DNA of 24,643 nt from a virus (lineage: Duplodnaviria; Caudoviricetes): IMG/VR virus record IMGVR_UViG_3300035135_001680, positions 1-24,643 of that record. One strand, 5' to 3'. The notes under the pieces were generated by a model that was not told the DNA's origin, made no database searches, and saw nothing but the letters and a program-made list of their open reading frames with translations. Positions 1 to 8,132 of the stretch are shown here, piece by piece; the stretch's first letter is position 1, and the number at the start of each line of letters is the position of its first letter. Position numbers and translations under genes: made by a program.

Positions 1-1
1 G

Positions 2-400
2 ATCTAACAAAGGCTCAACTAATGGTGTTAAAGGTATCAATGAGACAATACCGGTATTAACTGTATCATACTCAGGACCTTTTAAAGTATCTATGAGTAA
101 TGCAGTATCCTCATTTATCACTCTGTATAAAAAGCCGCTGTCATGGGGCACATCATACCGCACATTGCAATTGACTGTGATTCGTTTCCTACCACTCAAA
201 CCGGCTTGACCATCATCTGCCGCCAATGAGCCTAATGCTAACTCAAAGTATCGGTTGCTGTGTGGTCTGTTGTCTAGGTTTTGCGTATATCCATCATCGG
301 TATTGATTGCCACAAAACCATGATGCACATCAGTTTTTGGTGTGATACCTTCAATCATGTTTTCTAAATATGCTAATGCTGCAAAAGTACCCTGGCTCAT
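2..400 (-). CDS. Partial (runs off left edge) putative tail-completion/terminator-type virion protein
   Basis: Not in the ORF track. ATG at 400 overlaps the stop of 397..909 (ATGA) and the frame stays open to the window edge: MSQGTFAALAYLENMIEGITPKTDVHHGFVAINTDDGY...RKRITVNCNVRYDVP. Function is inferred from its position after the neck gene. Confidence 0.6.
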   Translation of the reverse strand, partial: MSQGTFAALAYLENMIEGITPKTDVHHGFVAINTDDGYTQNLDNRPHSNRYFELALGSLAADDGQAGLSGRKRITVNCNVRYDVPHDSGFLYRVINEDTALLIDTLKGPEYDTVNTGIVSLIPLTPLVEPLLD

Positions 401-909
401 GTTAGACCTAACTTTCGTCTGATATCGTGGCTGACTGCATCAACTAATATCTTAACATCATCTTTAGTTAATCCGATAAACTCACGTTTATCATTTACAT
501 GATAACCATAGTTTGCAACCTCTTTAGTCAAGCCAATGGTGAAACTATTTGCAGTTGCTGACTTGACAACAAGGTTATTCATTAACTGACCGCTCAACAC
601 TAAATCAACCTCAGCTGACTTGCCTTTTTTTCCCCTTCTGCGGCTATCGTTTTTATATTGTCGATAACCTCCGGCATAATAAATGCTTTTCTTGGTGCGT
701 GATGGTCTGCCGCCTTTTGGTGCTAGTCTTGCACCTTTCTTTGCAACATAGATCGGTTTTGTTGAGTACTCATCAAACTTGATACCGTTTGCATCAATGC
801 CTTTGCTTGTCCTGAGTTTGATGGATGCAAGAGTATTCAAGCCAAGCCTCATTGAGTCTTTAGCGGTCCAAAGTGATCTAGGTATTTTGATATCAACTTT
901 GGTTGCCAT
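397..909 (-). CDS. Putative neck/virion morphogenesis protein (Mu gpG / HK97 gp10-like)
   Basis: Basic 170 aa protein with 'VDLVLSGQLMNNL' and 'YGYHVNDKREFIGLT', resembling the L.xTGxL and RxFLG motifs of virion morphogenesis proteins. Located in the head-tail region. Confidence 0.6.
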   Translation of the reverse strand: MATKVDIKIPRSLWTAKDSMRLGLNTLASIKLRTSKGIDANGIKFDEYSTKPIYVAKKGARLAPKGGRPSRTKKSIYYAGGYRQYKNDSRRRGKKGKSAEVDLVLSGQLMNNLVVKSATANSFTIGLTKEVANYGYHVNDKREFIGLTKDDVKILVDAVSHDIRRKLGLT

Positions 910-1865
910 TAGTGCCTCATGCCTCGTGCCGGATTAAAGAAACTATCATTAGCCGTTTTGCTATATGATCGCCATGACGCTCTAAAGTCTGTCTCACTGC
1001 CGCCTGACCTTTGCAAGTCAGTCTCACCGGCATCAACAACACCATCACCATCAAGATCAAGTGCAATGCTCTGCAATGCCTTTGCCATCAATTCGGCGCA
1101 TCTTTCACGCATTGCGGCAGCTGTATCAAGTTGTTGATTCAACTCATAGATTAAAGCCGCTGTGCAATAAGCATGTGCTAGCATAAAGGATGATGGATTG
1201 AATATCTCATCCTCTGTTATATTATCAGCATGCAAATGTGCCCTAACTTCTAATACTAGTTCAGTGAGTGCGGCATCTATTTGCTTTTGATAATCGCTCT
1301 GTCTACGCGGTATCATATCTGCCAACTGTGCAAACATGCTGACCAACTGAGCATGATCTAAACCGGTTTCAAATGGTCTAGGTGTGATCTTGAATAAACC
1401 TTTTTCTTGCTCAGGCTGACTCATGTTGAGTTGAGTGTAATTAACAAGCCAGGTAAAATATCCGCTTGTACTCATCTTTGCACTATCAATATCAACATAA
1501 CTTGTTGGCAGATGTAATGTTGCGTTTGAGCTTAAATCAATTTCTCGTGGCAATGGCTCTGCTAATATTGCAGTTGTGCCACCAAGCCGCACAACACGCA
1601 CCGCATAATATGTATCATGCTCAGTAAGCACAAAGCCGGCTTGTTGCTCACGATAGTATGTAGCCGGTGCACTGCTCAATGTGAGTGTACGTCTATCATT
1701 GGCAATTGCTGTAATTGTCAAGTCAGCAGTGAATCTAGTTAGATTCTCACTCACCGCTGATGATGTATCAATGCTCAATGTTGTTGTACCGGTGATAGGC
1801 AATTGAGGTGACCAAATAAAACGATAATCTTTGTTTGTTATTGCTTTTCTCATTTTGCCTCTCAT
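909..1865 (-). CDS. Putative head-tail adaptor/structural protein with beta-rich N-terminal region and C-terminal EF-hand-like loop
   Basis: 318 aa, coupled to both neighbours by overlapping start/stop codons. Helical C-terminal half typical of adaptors, containing DLDGDGVVDAGE. Confidence 0.45.
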   Translation of the reverse strand: MRGKMRKAITNKDYRFIWSPQLPITGTTTLSIDTSSAVSENLTRFTADLTITAIANDRRTLTLSSAPATYYREQQAGFVLTEHDTYYAVRVVRLGGTTAILAEPLPREIDLSSNATLHLPTSYVDIDSAKMSTSGYFTWLVNYTQLNMSQPEQEKGLFKITPRPFETGLDHAQLVSMFAQLADMIPRRQSDYQKQIDAALTELVLEVRAHLHADNITEDEIFNPSSFMLAHAYCTAALIYELNQQLDTAAAMRERCAELMAKALQSIALDLDGDGVVDAGETDLQRSGGSETDFRASWRSYSKTANDSFFNPARGMRH

Positions 1866-2758
1866 TGGTTAGCTTTGTTTATATCTTTGGCAGTTGCTAG
1901 CTCTAAATTGGCAGACTTTATGAAACCTTGTGTAACAGGTGACCAGCTATGGCGGCAGTTATAGCCACCGCCTGATGTAATCACGCTCAAGCCTTGTCCA
2001 TTGTCTAAACGTCTCATTTGTTTAGATGTAACAACTTTATTCACTAAAGCCTCGCAAAAGTCACGAGTAATGCCATCATCAGGACCGGTATATAAGAAAC
2101 GATCAATATCAGCCTCCTCAGCCGCAATTGCGGTGATTGATCTGCCAAATTGACTCAACTTAGTTTTTATTTTTGTCAACTGCCTACCCTCGGCACTTTG
2201 CATGCGTTTTTGCATGTTGCTCATCACGGTATCAACAGGCACATTGACAATGAGATCAGTGAGAACATCATTAATGCTCTGTTTTACAGAGTTTAAAATG
2301 ATGTTTTCAAATACGTCTGATACATTCTGAGTGCTCAATATATCAACTTGAGCATCAATTGTGTCTAGCTCTATATTGGCGGCAAGCAATGTTTTGTTGA
2401 CCGCCTCTCTAATCATTTGTTGATGTGTAATAAATTTATCTATTGCATCATCTAAACCGCCAGCAAGCAACAACTCAAATAGTTGTTGATCATTGGCATT
2501 GAGCAAAGCTTGAGGACCTAAAACATCAAGAGCTTGCTCAATTGTGCTGAATAGCTCTGACTGTGCTTTTTTAAATGCACGTTCAATCACCTTTTCAGCT
2601 TTTATTTCTGCTTGTATCTGATCACGTCTTGCTCGGATCAATGTAGCCATCACACCGCTTGATTGCTTGGCTTGCTTGGTGAGTGATGCAACTGCAACCT
2701 CATCAGCGTCACCACCTTCTGCAAAAAGTATGTGATTACTACACTGTGAGCAAAACAT
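1862..2758 (-). CDS. MuF/SPP1 gp7-like minor head protein
   Basis: C-terminal 'YTGPDDGITRDFC...GGGYNCRHSWSPV' matches the D..TR..C ... NCR(C/H) signature of MuF-family proteins. Confidence 0.75.
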   Translation of the reverse strand: MFCSQCSNHILFAEGGDADEVAVASLTKQAKQSSGVMATLIRARRDQIQAEIKAEKVIERAFKKAQSELFSTIEQALDVLGPQALLNANDQQLFELLLAGGLDDAIDKFITHQQMIREAVNKTLLAANIELDTIDAQVDILSTQNVSDVFENIILNSVKQSINDVLTDLIVNVPVDTVMSNMQKRMQSAEGRQLTKIKTKLSQFGRSITAIAAEEADIDRFLYTGPDDGITRDFCEALVNKVVTSKQMRRLDNGQGLSVITSGGGYNCRHSWSPVTQGFIKSANLELATAKDINKANQ

Positions 2759-2762
2759 AATC

Positions 2763-3755
2763 TTAACATCCTGTGAGGACGTGACCTAAAGTGCCGTCAA
2801 CTGCATGGAAGGTGTTGACCTCCTCACCCCAAACATAACGACGAGTCTTATCAAGTGAGTCATACTGACCGGCAACCATATCATTGTATTGCAAGTTAAG
2901 AGCAGCAACCGGCATACCCTTGACATTGCCTGACTTTTGAACAACCGCATCAGAACCGCGTAAGATACCCATGAATACTTTTGCACCGCTCCAAATTGCA
3001 GACTCTGAGCTTGTTGCACCTGGCACCGCTGTATCTTGTAATGCTTGACCAACATAAATATTAGGAATACCGAGCACATCACGCAGTACTTGAATCACTG
3101 CATCATCATTTAGAATTTGATTGCCGCTTGCAATGCCTAGAGTACGGTCACCAACATACCCACGGACCTCAGCATTTTTTGCAAGATCACGGAAACAAGC
3201 ACGACCAAGAATCAAAGTATCAGGATTGATGCCGTGAGCAGCTGCAAAAACAGTATCCTTGAGGTCAAATAATTCGCTTAAAGGCTCGGCAGTTGCGGCA
3301 CCAAAAGCAGCTGATGCGGCAGAGGTATTGAAGGTTGCAGCAGATTCATTGAAAAGAAGATCAGCAGCACGCTTTTCTCTAGCTAGCTTTAGCACTCGTG
3401 CAACTTTCTTTGCAATGCGTGCTTCCTCAGAGCCAGGATATTGCGAGTCAAAGATATCTTCCATTGCAATACTGTCTGATGCTGAGTAAATCTTTGCCAT
3501 AAAAGTTTGACTTGTACGGTCAAAACCGCCGATCATTGCACGACCTGAACCTGGCGCACGCTCTAGATCCAAACCGGCACCGGCTCCCATAAAGTTGCGA
3601 GTTTCCTCTAGTAGTAAAGTACCGCTACGCTCTGAGATACTGATAGTTTCTAAAACTTTATCAGCAATCAATTGATTGTCACTTGGTACTGCCTCGGCAA
3701 CTAGACCGGTTAAGATTTGATCAACAGGATGTAAGTTTGAGTATGAACTTGCCAT
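2763..3755 (-). CDS. Major capsid protein (HK97 fold, lambda gpE-like)
   Basis: 330 aa, follows protease/scaffold and decoration genes, strong AGGAG RBS. Contains 'HPVDQILTGL', 'REKRAADLLF' and 'GINPDTLILG', typical of gpE-like capsid proteins. Confidence 0.85.
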   Translation of the reverse strand: MASSYSNLHPVDQILTGLVAEAVPSDNQLIADKVLETISISERSGTLLLEETRNFMGAGAGLDLERAPGSGRAMIGGFDRTSQTFMAKIYSASDSIAMEDIFDSQYPGSEEARIAKKVARVLKLAREKRAADLLFNESAATFNTSAASAAFGAATAEPLSELFDLKDTVFAAAHGINPDTLILGRACFRDLAKNAEVRGYVGDRTLGIASGNQILNDDAVIQVLRDVLGIPNIYVGQALQDTAVPGATSSESAIWSGAKVFMGILRGSDAVVQKSGNVKGMPVAALNLQYNDMVAGQYDSLDKTRRYVWGEEVNTFHAVDGTLGHVLTGC

Positions 3756-3769
3756 TTTTTAAACTCCTA

Positions 3770-4159
3770 TTAGCTCAAGCGATTGCTTGGTGCTGTAAAT
3801 GCAACTAGAATCTGATCACCATCAGAAGCGCTAGCTTGATTGATATTGGGTAGAATTTGAGCAACTGCATAGTTACCGGCACCGCCATCCCATGCAACAA
3901 GCTTGCCACCTGTTGAAGCCATCAAAAGGCTCATGGTAGCCGGTGCAATAGTACCGCCGGCAATTGCTCTTGTGATTGAACCAAGCAATGCAACTTCAAC
4001 GGCATCACCGGCAGAGCAAGCACGTTGTGCAATACCAACGCAATTATCATCTTGAGGATCAGTACACACAGCAATTTTGCCATTAACATCAGTTGAAACT
4101 AAAGCATACTCAGTGATGGCACCGGCAGCAACAAAAGAAAGAATATTATTAGTAGCCAT
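3770..4159 (-). CDS. Capsid decoration/cement protein (DUF2190-like)
   Basis: 129 aa, Ala/Gly-rich, 'CVGIAQRACSAGDAVEVALLG...AIAGGTI'. Sits between scaffold and MCP. Confidence 0.75.
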   Translation of the reverse strand: MATNNILSFVAAGAITEYALVSTDVNGKIAVCTDPQDDNCVGIAQRACSAGDAVEVALLGSITRAIAGGTIAPATMSLLMASTGGKLVAWDGGAGNYAVAQILPNINQASASDGDQILVAFTAPSNRLS

Positions 4160-4162
4160 AAT

Positions 4163-4831
4163 TTAGCCTCCAAATGCTTGATTGTAATAATCAGGATTGT
4201 TTGTTCTGAATTGATTCAATGCTTCTGAGTATGTAATTGATTTCTCAGCAGCAAGCTTTTTGACTTCTGCATCAAGTGTTGCTTTGCTGATCTCAGCACC
4301 GCTTGCACCGTGACCAACTTGAGTCAAAGGAATTGCAGAGTTTGACGCACGCTCTGAGAACATTTGCCAAAACTCCGGCTGTAGTTCTTTTAATTGCCAG
4401 GCTTTATTTGCAACTGACTCTTCAGCCGGTGTGATGCGTCCATCTGATAGCAATGCTGATACTGCTGATTTCATTTCAACATCACGTTTTTCTGCCTCGA
4501 TAGCTTCTAAACGCTCGCTCAAATTCTTGTTAGTCTCACGCAGTGCTTGAACTTCTGATAAAAGAGTTGACTCATTTAATTGCTCACTCATCTTGTAGCT
4601 TTTTTTGCCATCTTCTTTCATTTGCTCATCATCGGTCATTTTCTCGGCTTTTGGCTCATCATCTTTTTTGTGATCTTCCTCAAGCTCAACTTTTTCCTCA
4701 GAAACCATTTTTGATTCTGCGTCATCTTTCATTTCTTTAATTTTTGCCTCAAGCTCTTTTACCATCTCATCTTTTGCAATGAGCATAGCTCGCAGATCTT
4801 CAACAGGCATAGAATCTAGATTATCAATCAT
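4163..4831 (-). CDS. Putative in-frame internal scaffold protein (Mu gpZ-like)
   Basis: GAGAGGA lies 5 nt upstream of an in-frame ATG at 4831 (MIDNLDSMPV), at the protease/scaffold boundary. Confidence 0.55.
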   Translation of the reverse strand: MIDNLDSMPVEDLRAMLIAKDEMVKELEAKIKEMKDDAESKMVSEEKVELEEDHKKDDEPKAEKMTDDEQMKEDGKKSYKMSEQLNESTLLSEVQALRETNKNLSERLEAIEAEKRDVEMKSAVSALLSDGRITPAEESVANKAWQLKELQPEFWQMFSERASNSAIPLTQVGHGASGAEISKATLDAEVKKLAAEKSITYSEALNQFRTNNPDYYNQAFGG

Positions 4832-6127
4832 ATCTATCCTCTCAGTAAGTAAAACACGATCTATTTTGTCATTAGATTGTGCCGGTCTAGGTGTTAGGGT
4901 AATAGCTAGCAATTGAGCGGTGCCAATTGGATCACCACCATCTCTTGCATATACATCACCGGCAATGAACTCAGGTGAGGACCAAAGAACACCGCCGGCA
5001 TTTTTGACTACTTCTAATCCGCGCTCATTATAAGCCGGTGTACAATACAAGCCATCCTCACGCAACTCAAGATCTACAATTAGACCAAGAGCATTGCCGC
5101 TCTCCGGCGGTGCCGGTGTGCCACCATTAAAAGGTGAGGTTGCATGTTGCCAATCTATGATGACCGGATCAGCTTGCTTTCTATCGTTGAACACTCGCAG
5201 CATTTCTGAAAGCATTTCATGATCAATTTCAGAGCCGATTGTTGAGCCGTTCATCCGTGAGGTGACTTGACCGAGTGCCAAAGTTTTAAACGGCTTGCCA
5301 ACGGTTAAACCATCCGGCACATCATAGGATGGCAAAGGCTCTGATAGTTGTATAGCCTCGCCGTATGCTCTAAGTGTTTTTGCTTTTTCGTCTGCTTTGT
5401 TCATTTGATTTACAACTTTTCTTGCATAAGAGAACCCGGCATCACCTCCCCAACCGTGCCAGGCTTGCCATCCCTTGCCTTGATCGTTCCACGTGGAACC
5501 TTTTTTATCTACTTCGTGCCTTGTGAAGTATGCCAACATTCTACGCACTGTCTCAGGACTAAGCTTTTTACCATTGCCAAGATCACGAGCACGAGCAATA
5601 CCAACAGGAGTCATGCCACGTTGTGACGGTGGCTTGCTTGCTCTAACTTCTAACGCTCTTTTAGCTGCCTCTTGAGCACCTTTGGGCGGCACAAAGTCAA
5701 TGTGTGAGTACTTATCAGGAATAGCCAACAACTCAGCCTTTTTCTCAGTCTTTTGTGGGTGACCCTTTGGCAACAAGTCTAAATCAGTAGTGTATGCTTT
5801 TTTTCGCTCACCGGTGCCAACTAGTTTTAGAAAAGCTCTAACTCTAGCAATACCCCATTGATTGCGTTTCATGCCAGGTCTATGACTTGTTGAAAACGCA
5901 CCGGCACCGCGTCTAAACACTGCTTTGAGCATACCAAGATCAACTTTTTTGCTCATTGCTTTGTATTTATCGTTGTGCTTGTCTCTGAGGTTTTCAAGTG
6001 CCTTTAGTGTTTTATCACTGATCTCAATACCGCCACGAGTGCCGGCGGCTGATGATGGCTTGTTGGTTTTAGAGCCTTTGATCTGGTCCTTTTTTGGTGC
6101 CGGTGTTTGTGCCTTTGTTCTATTCAT
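4163..6127 (-). CDS. Prohead protease-scaffold (Mu gpI-like) with about 250 aa basic N-terminal extension
   Basis: Central 'VIIDWQHAT', 'WSSPEF', 'AITLTPRPA' match Mu gpI protease motifs. Acidic coiled-coil C-terminus with 'DGRITPAE' is scaffold-like. Confidence 0.8.
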   Translation of the reverse strand: MNRTKAQTPAPKKDQIKGSKTNKPSSAAGTRGGIEISDKTLKALENLRDKHNDKYKAMSKKVDLGMLKAVFRRGAGAFSTSHRPGMKRNQWGIARVRAFLKLVGTGERKKAYTTDLDLLPKGHPQKTEKKAELLAIPDKYSHIDFVPPKGAQEAAKRALEVRASKPPSQRGMTPVGIARARDLGNGKKLSPETVRRMLAYFTRHEVDKKGSTWNDQGKGWQAWHGWGGDAGFSYARKVVNQMNKADEKAKTLRAYGEAIQLSEPLPSYDVPDGLTVGKPFKTLALGQVTSRMNGSTIGSEIDHEMLSEMLRVFNDRKQADPVIIDWQHATSPFNGGTPAPPESGNALGLIVDLELREDGLYCTPAYNERGLEVVKNAGGVLWSSPEFIAGDVYARDGGDPIGTAQLLAITLTPRPAQSNDKIDRVLLTERIDMIDNLDSMPVEDLRAMLIAKDEMVKELEAKIKEMKDDAESKMVSEEKVELEEDHKKDDEPKAEKMTDDEQMKEDGKKSYKMSEQLNESTLLSEVQALRETNKNLSERLEAIEAEKRDVEMKSAVSALLSDGRITPAEESVANKAWQLKELQPEFWQMFSERASNSAIPLTQVGHGASGAEISKATLDAEVKKLAAEKSITYSEALNQFRTNNPDYYNQAFGG

Positions 6128-7511
6128 TGCGTTTCCTCATTAACTTTTCAGCAAATGCAGATAAGCCGCCGCCGCTTGTTCTTTCTAGAGCTGATCTTGA
6201 TGCCTCCTCAGGTAGATCACCGGCACCGAGCCGCTCTCTAATTGCTCGCTCTAGCTCATCATCTGGTGTGAGTATGCCAGCTTGTACAAGTTGTGGTAAC
6301 ATGCCCATTGACTCAGCCAGGTCATCAGTATCAAGACCGGTGTGCACTAGTTTGGGCAGTTTGGACGGATCTACAAAACCATAATTCCATCTGATCAATC
6401 TGCCGATTGTGCCACCGCCTCGCCTATCCGGTCCGCTGATTTGACCGGCAACAATATCACATAGATTGATAGCGGCACGTCTAAACACGCTCAAGTGTAT
6501 CTCACCAACGGACCGTGCACCGGTTTCAGTGTTGCCAAGATCTGCAAACTGAGTGAGGAACGCTGATGCAATCTGACTATCACATTTAGTGATGATATCA
6601 AGAGGACCGCTTGCATATAGGTTTGGTGTTTCTGCGTAGCTTTCAAATTTAACCGCACCAGTCTCAACTAAATAGCTTTGCTCGGTAGCCAAAAAAGATT
6701 GTGCTTGTGCCTCGGCATCATCGACCATTGCATTGATGTCAGCATCAGTTAAACCGAGTGACTCGGCTTGTGATCTATCAACAACAACTTTTGGTGTTGG
6801 TACTGCCCAACGATCCAAACCAATACACATCAAATTGCTTGCACGTTGCTTTGTTCTCCACCACCACCAAACAGGACGCAACATGCCAACCCCCTCAAAG
6901 TTGCTGCCGGTTCTGTTGAGTGTGAGCAATAGCAGTTTGTTTGCCGGTATTGGCTCAGGTGTATATGTTGTGCCTACTACGTTTTGCAGTACACCGTCTA
7001 AATGCTGATTGTCTCTTGATAACCATTGATTATGGGCAGACGGCTCACGGTCTGCAAACTGATCAAGCCATACTTTGACCTTGCCATCTGCATCAGGTCC
7101 AACCCTGTACAGCTCCTCTGCATAGCGATAACCGAGCGGTATAAACTCAAGCAAGTATGTGAGCTGATCCTCAAAACTGACTGACATCTGTCCTGAGTAA
7201 CCATCAAAACCAAAACACTCATTTGCAAACCTTGCCAACTCATCAGATACAGGATCATTCTCAATACCTGGCTCAAACCGCCAAGAGGCACTCAACAAAG
7301 TTTGCCTAAGCATGTGCCAAGATCTACGCACAATCGGATCAGTGCGCAACATTTCCTCTGCCTCTTGAACCCAATTTAAACCTGTGAGCTTTGCATTTTG
7401 TTCTTTGCCGCTGATCACACCGCCATTGATTTGCGTGCCGGTGATACCCTTTGTGACAAAACGTGGTGTTTTTGCCCTCATGTGCTTAGGATTGCGTTTT
7501 AGTTCACTCAT
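6120..7511 (-). CDS. Portal protein (Mu gp29/DUF935-like)
   Basis: 463 aa with 'EEMLRTDPIV', 'NFEGVGMLRPVWWWW' and 'GARSVGEIH', typical of Mu-type portals. First gene of the head operon. Confidence 0.85.
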   Translation of the reverse strand: MSELKRNPKHMRAKTPRFVTKGITGTQINGGVISGKEQNAKLTGLNWVQEAEEMLRTDPIVRRSWHMLRQTLLSASWRFEPGIENDPVSDELARFANECFGFDGYSGQMSVSFEDQLTYLLEFIPLGYRYAEELYRVGPDADGKVKVWLDQFADREPSAHNQWLSRDNQHLDGVLQNVVGTTYTPEPIPANKLLLLTLNRTGSNFEGVGMLRPVWWWWRTKQRASNLMCIGLDRWAVPTPKVVVDRSQAESLGLTDADINAMVDDAEAQAQSFLATEQSYLVETGAVKFESYAETPNLYASGPLDIITKCDSQIASAFLTQFADLGNTETGARSVGEIHLSVFRRAAINLCDIVAGQISGPDRRGGGTIGRLIRWNYGFVDPSKLPKLVHTGLDTDDLAESMGMLPQLVQAGILTPDDELERAIRERLGAGDLPEEASRSALERTSGGGLSAFAEKLMRKRNE

Positions 7512-7546
7512 AGCTAGCCTTTGAAAGATGCAAGCAGTCTTAACAG

Positions 7547-7575
7547 AGTATAAGCACTATTTTGCTATTAAACAA
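7547..7575 (-). promoter_or_regulatory. Sigma70-like promoter for the portal/head operon
   Basis: Minus strand TTGTTT (7575-7570), 17 nt spacer, TATACT (7552-7547), 35 nt upstream of the portal ATG. Confidence 0.5.
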
Positions 7576-7642
7576 GTTTTGTTATTAATTGCTTGAATGT
7601 GCATTGTAGTCAATGCTAAATTTGCTATGTTGAACAGGTTAT

Positions 7643-7686
7643 ACTAGGCTCTAGTACTTTTCTATATCTCCGTACTAGAGCCTAGT
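7643..7686. terminator. Perfect 15-bp inverted repeat hairpin (terminator or RNA-processing site)
   Basis: ACTAGGCTCTAGTAC (7643-7657) / GTACTAGAGCCTAGT (7672-7686) with a 14-nt loop. A T-rich tail follows only on the plus strand. Lies 8 nt past the stop of the 2-TM gene. Confidence 0.6.
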
Positions 7687-7694
7687 GTTTCTTT

Positions 7695-8132
7695 TTATTT
7701 CTCTATCCATCGCTCAACATCAGGATGCAACTCAACATCTTTCTCATCTTTGAGTTGAGGTGCTTTGATGATACTGAGCTTTTCAATGATAGCGTTTTGC
7801 AAATCTAGCAAGTGATCATGTTTAATTTGCATTTGAATTTGTGCATCACGCAACCTGGCAATCAATGCCTCGCGATCTGCATTTGCTGACGCAAGCTTTT
7901 CTTTTAGCTCCTCAACTTCTGCCGGATCTCTACCACTTGCAATTGCCATCATGCTGCTAATAGAGCCAGTCAACACACCGAGTATGCCAACTAATACATC
8001 ACGGTTTTCATCAACTACTTTAACGTAGCTCAGAAATAGAATCAGACAAATAATCAAAAATAAAAACACAACTGAGAAATACCAACCTCTTTTGGCTTTT
8101 ACATCCTCAAGTGCTTGCTCTTGCTTGTTCAT
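7695..8132 (-). CDS. Two-TM membrane protein with C-terminal coiled coil
   Basis: Hydrophobic segments WYFSVVFLFLIICLILFLSYV and VLVGILGVLTGSISSMMAIA, then a heptad-like helix. ATGA overlap with the cyclase stop. Confidence 0.7.
   Translation of the reverse strand: MNKQEQALEDVKAKRGWYFSVVFLFLIICLILFLSYVKVVDENRDVLVGILGVLTGSISSMMAIASGRDPAEVEELKEKLASANADREALIARLRDAQIQMQIKHDHLLDLQNAIIEKLSIIKAPQLKDEKDVELHPDVERWIEK

Noticed and set aside
1862-7511. Transposable Mu-like phage
   Set aside because: The head genes are Mu-type, but replication is initiator/DnaC-type and no MuA/MuB is seen.
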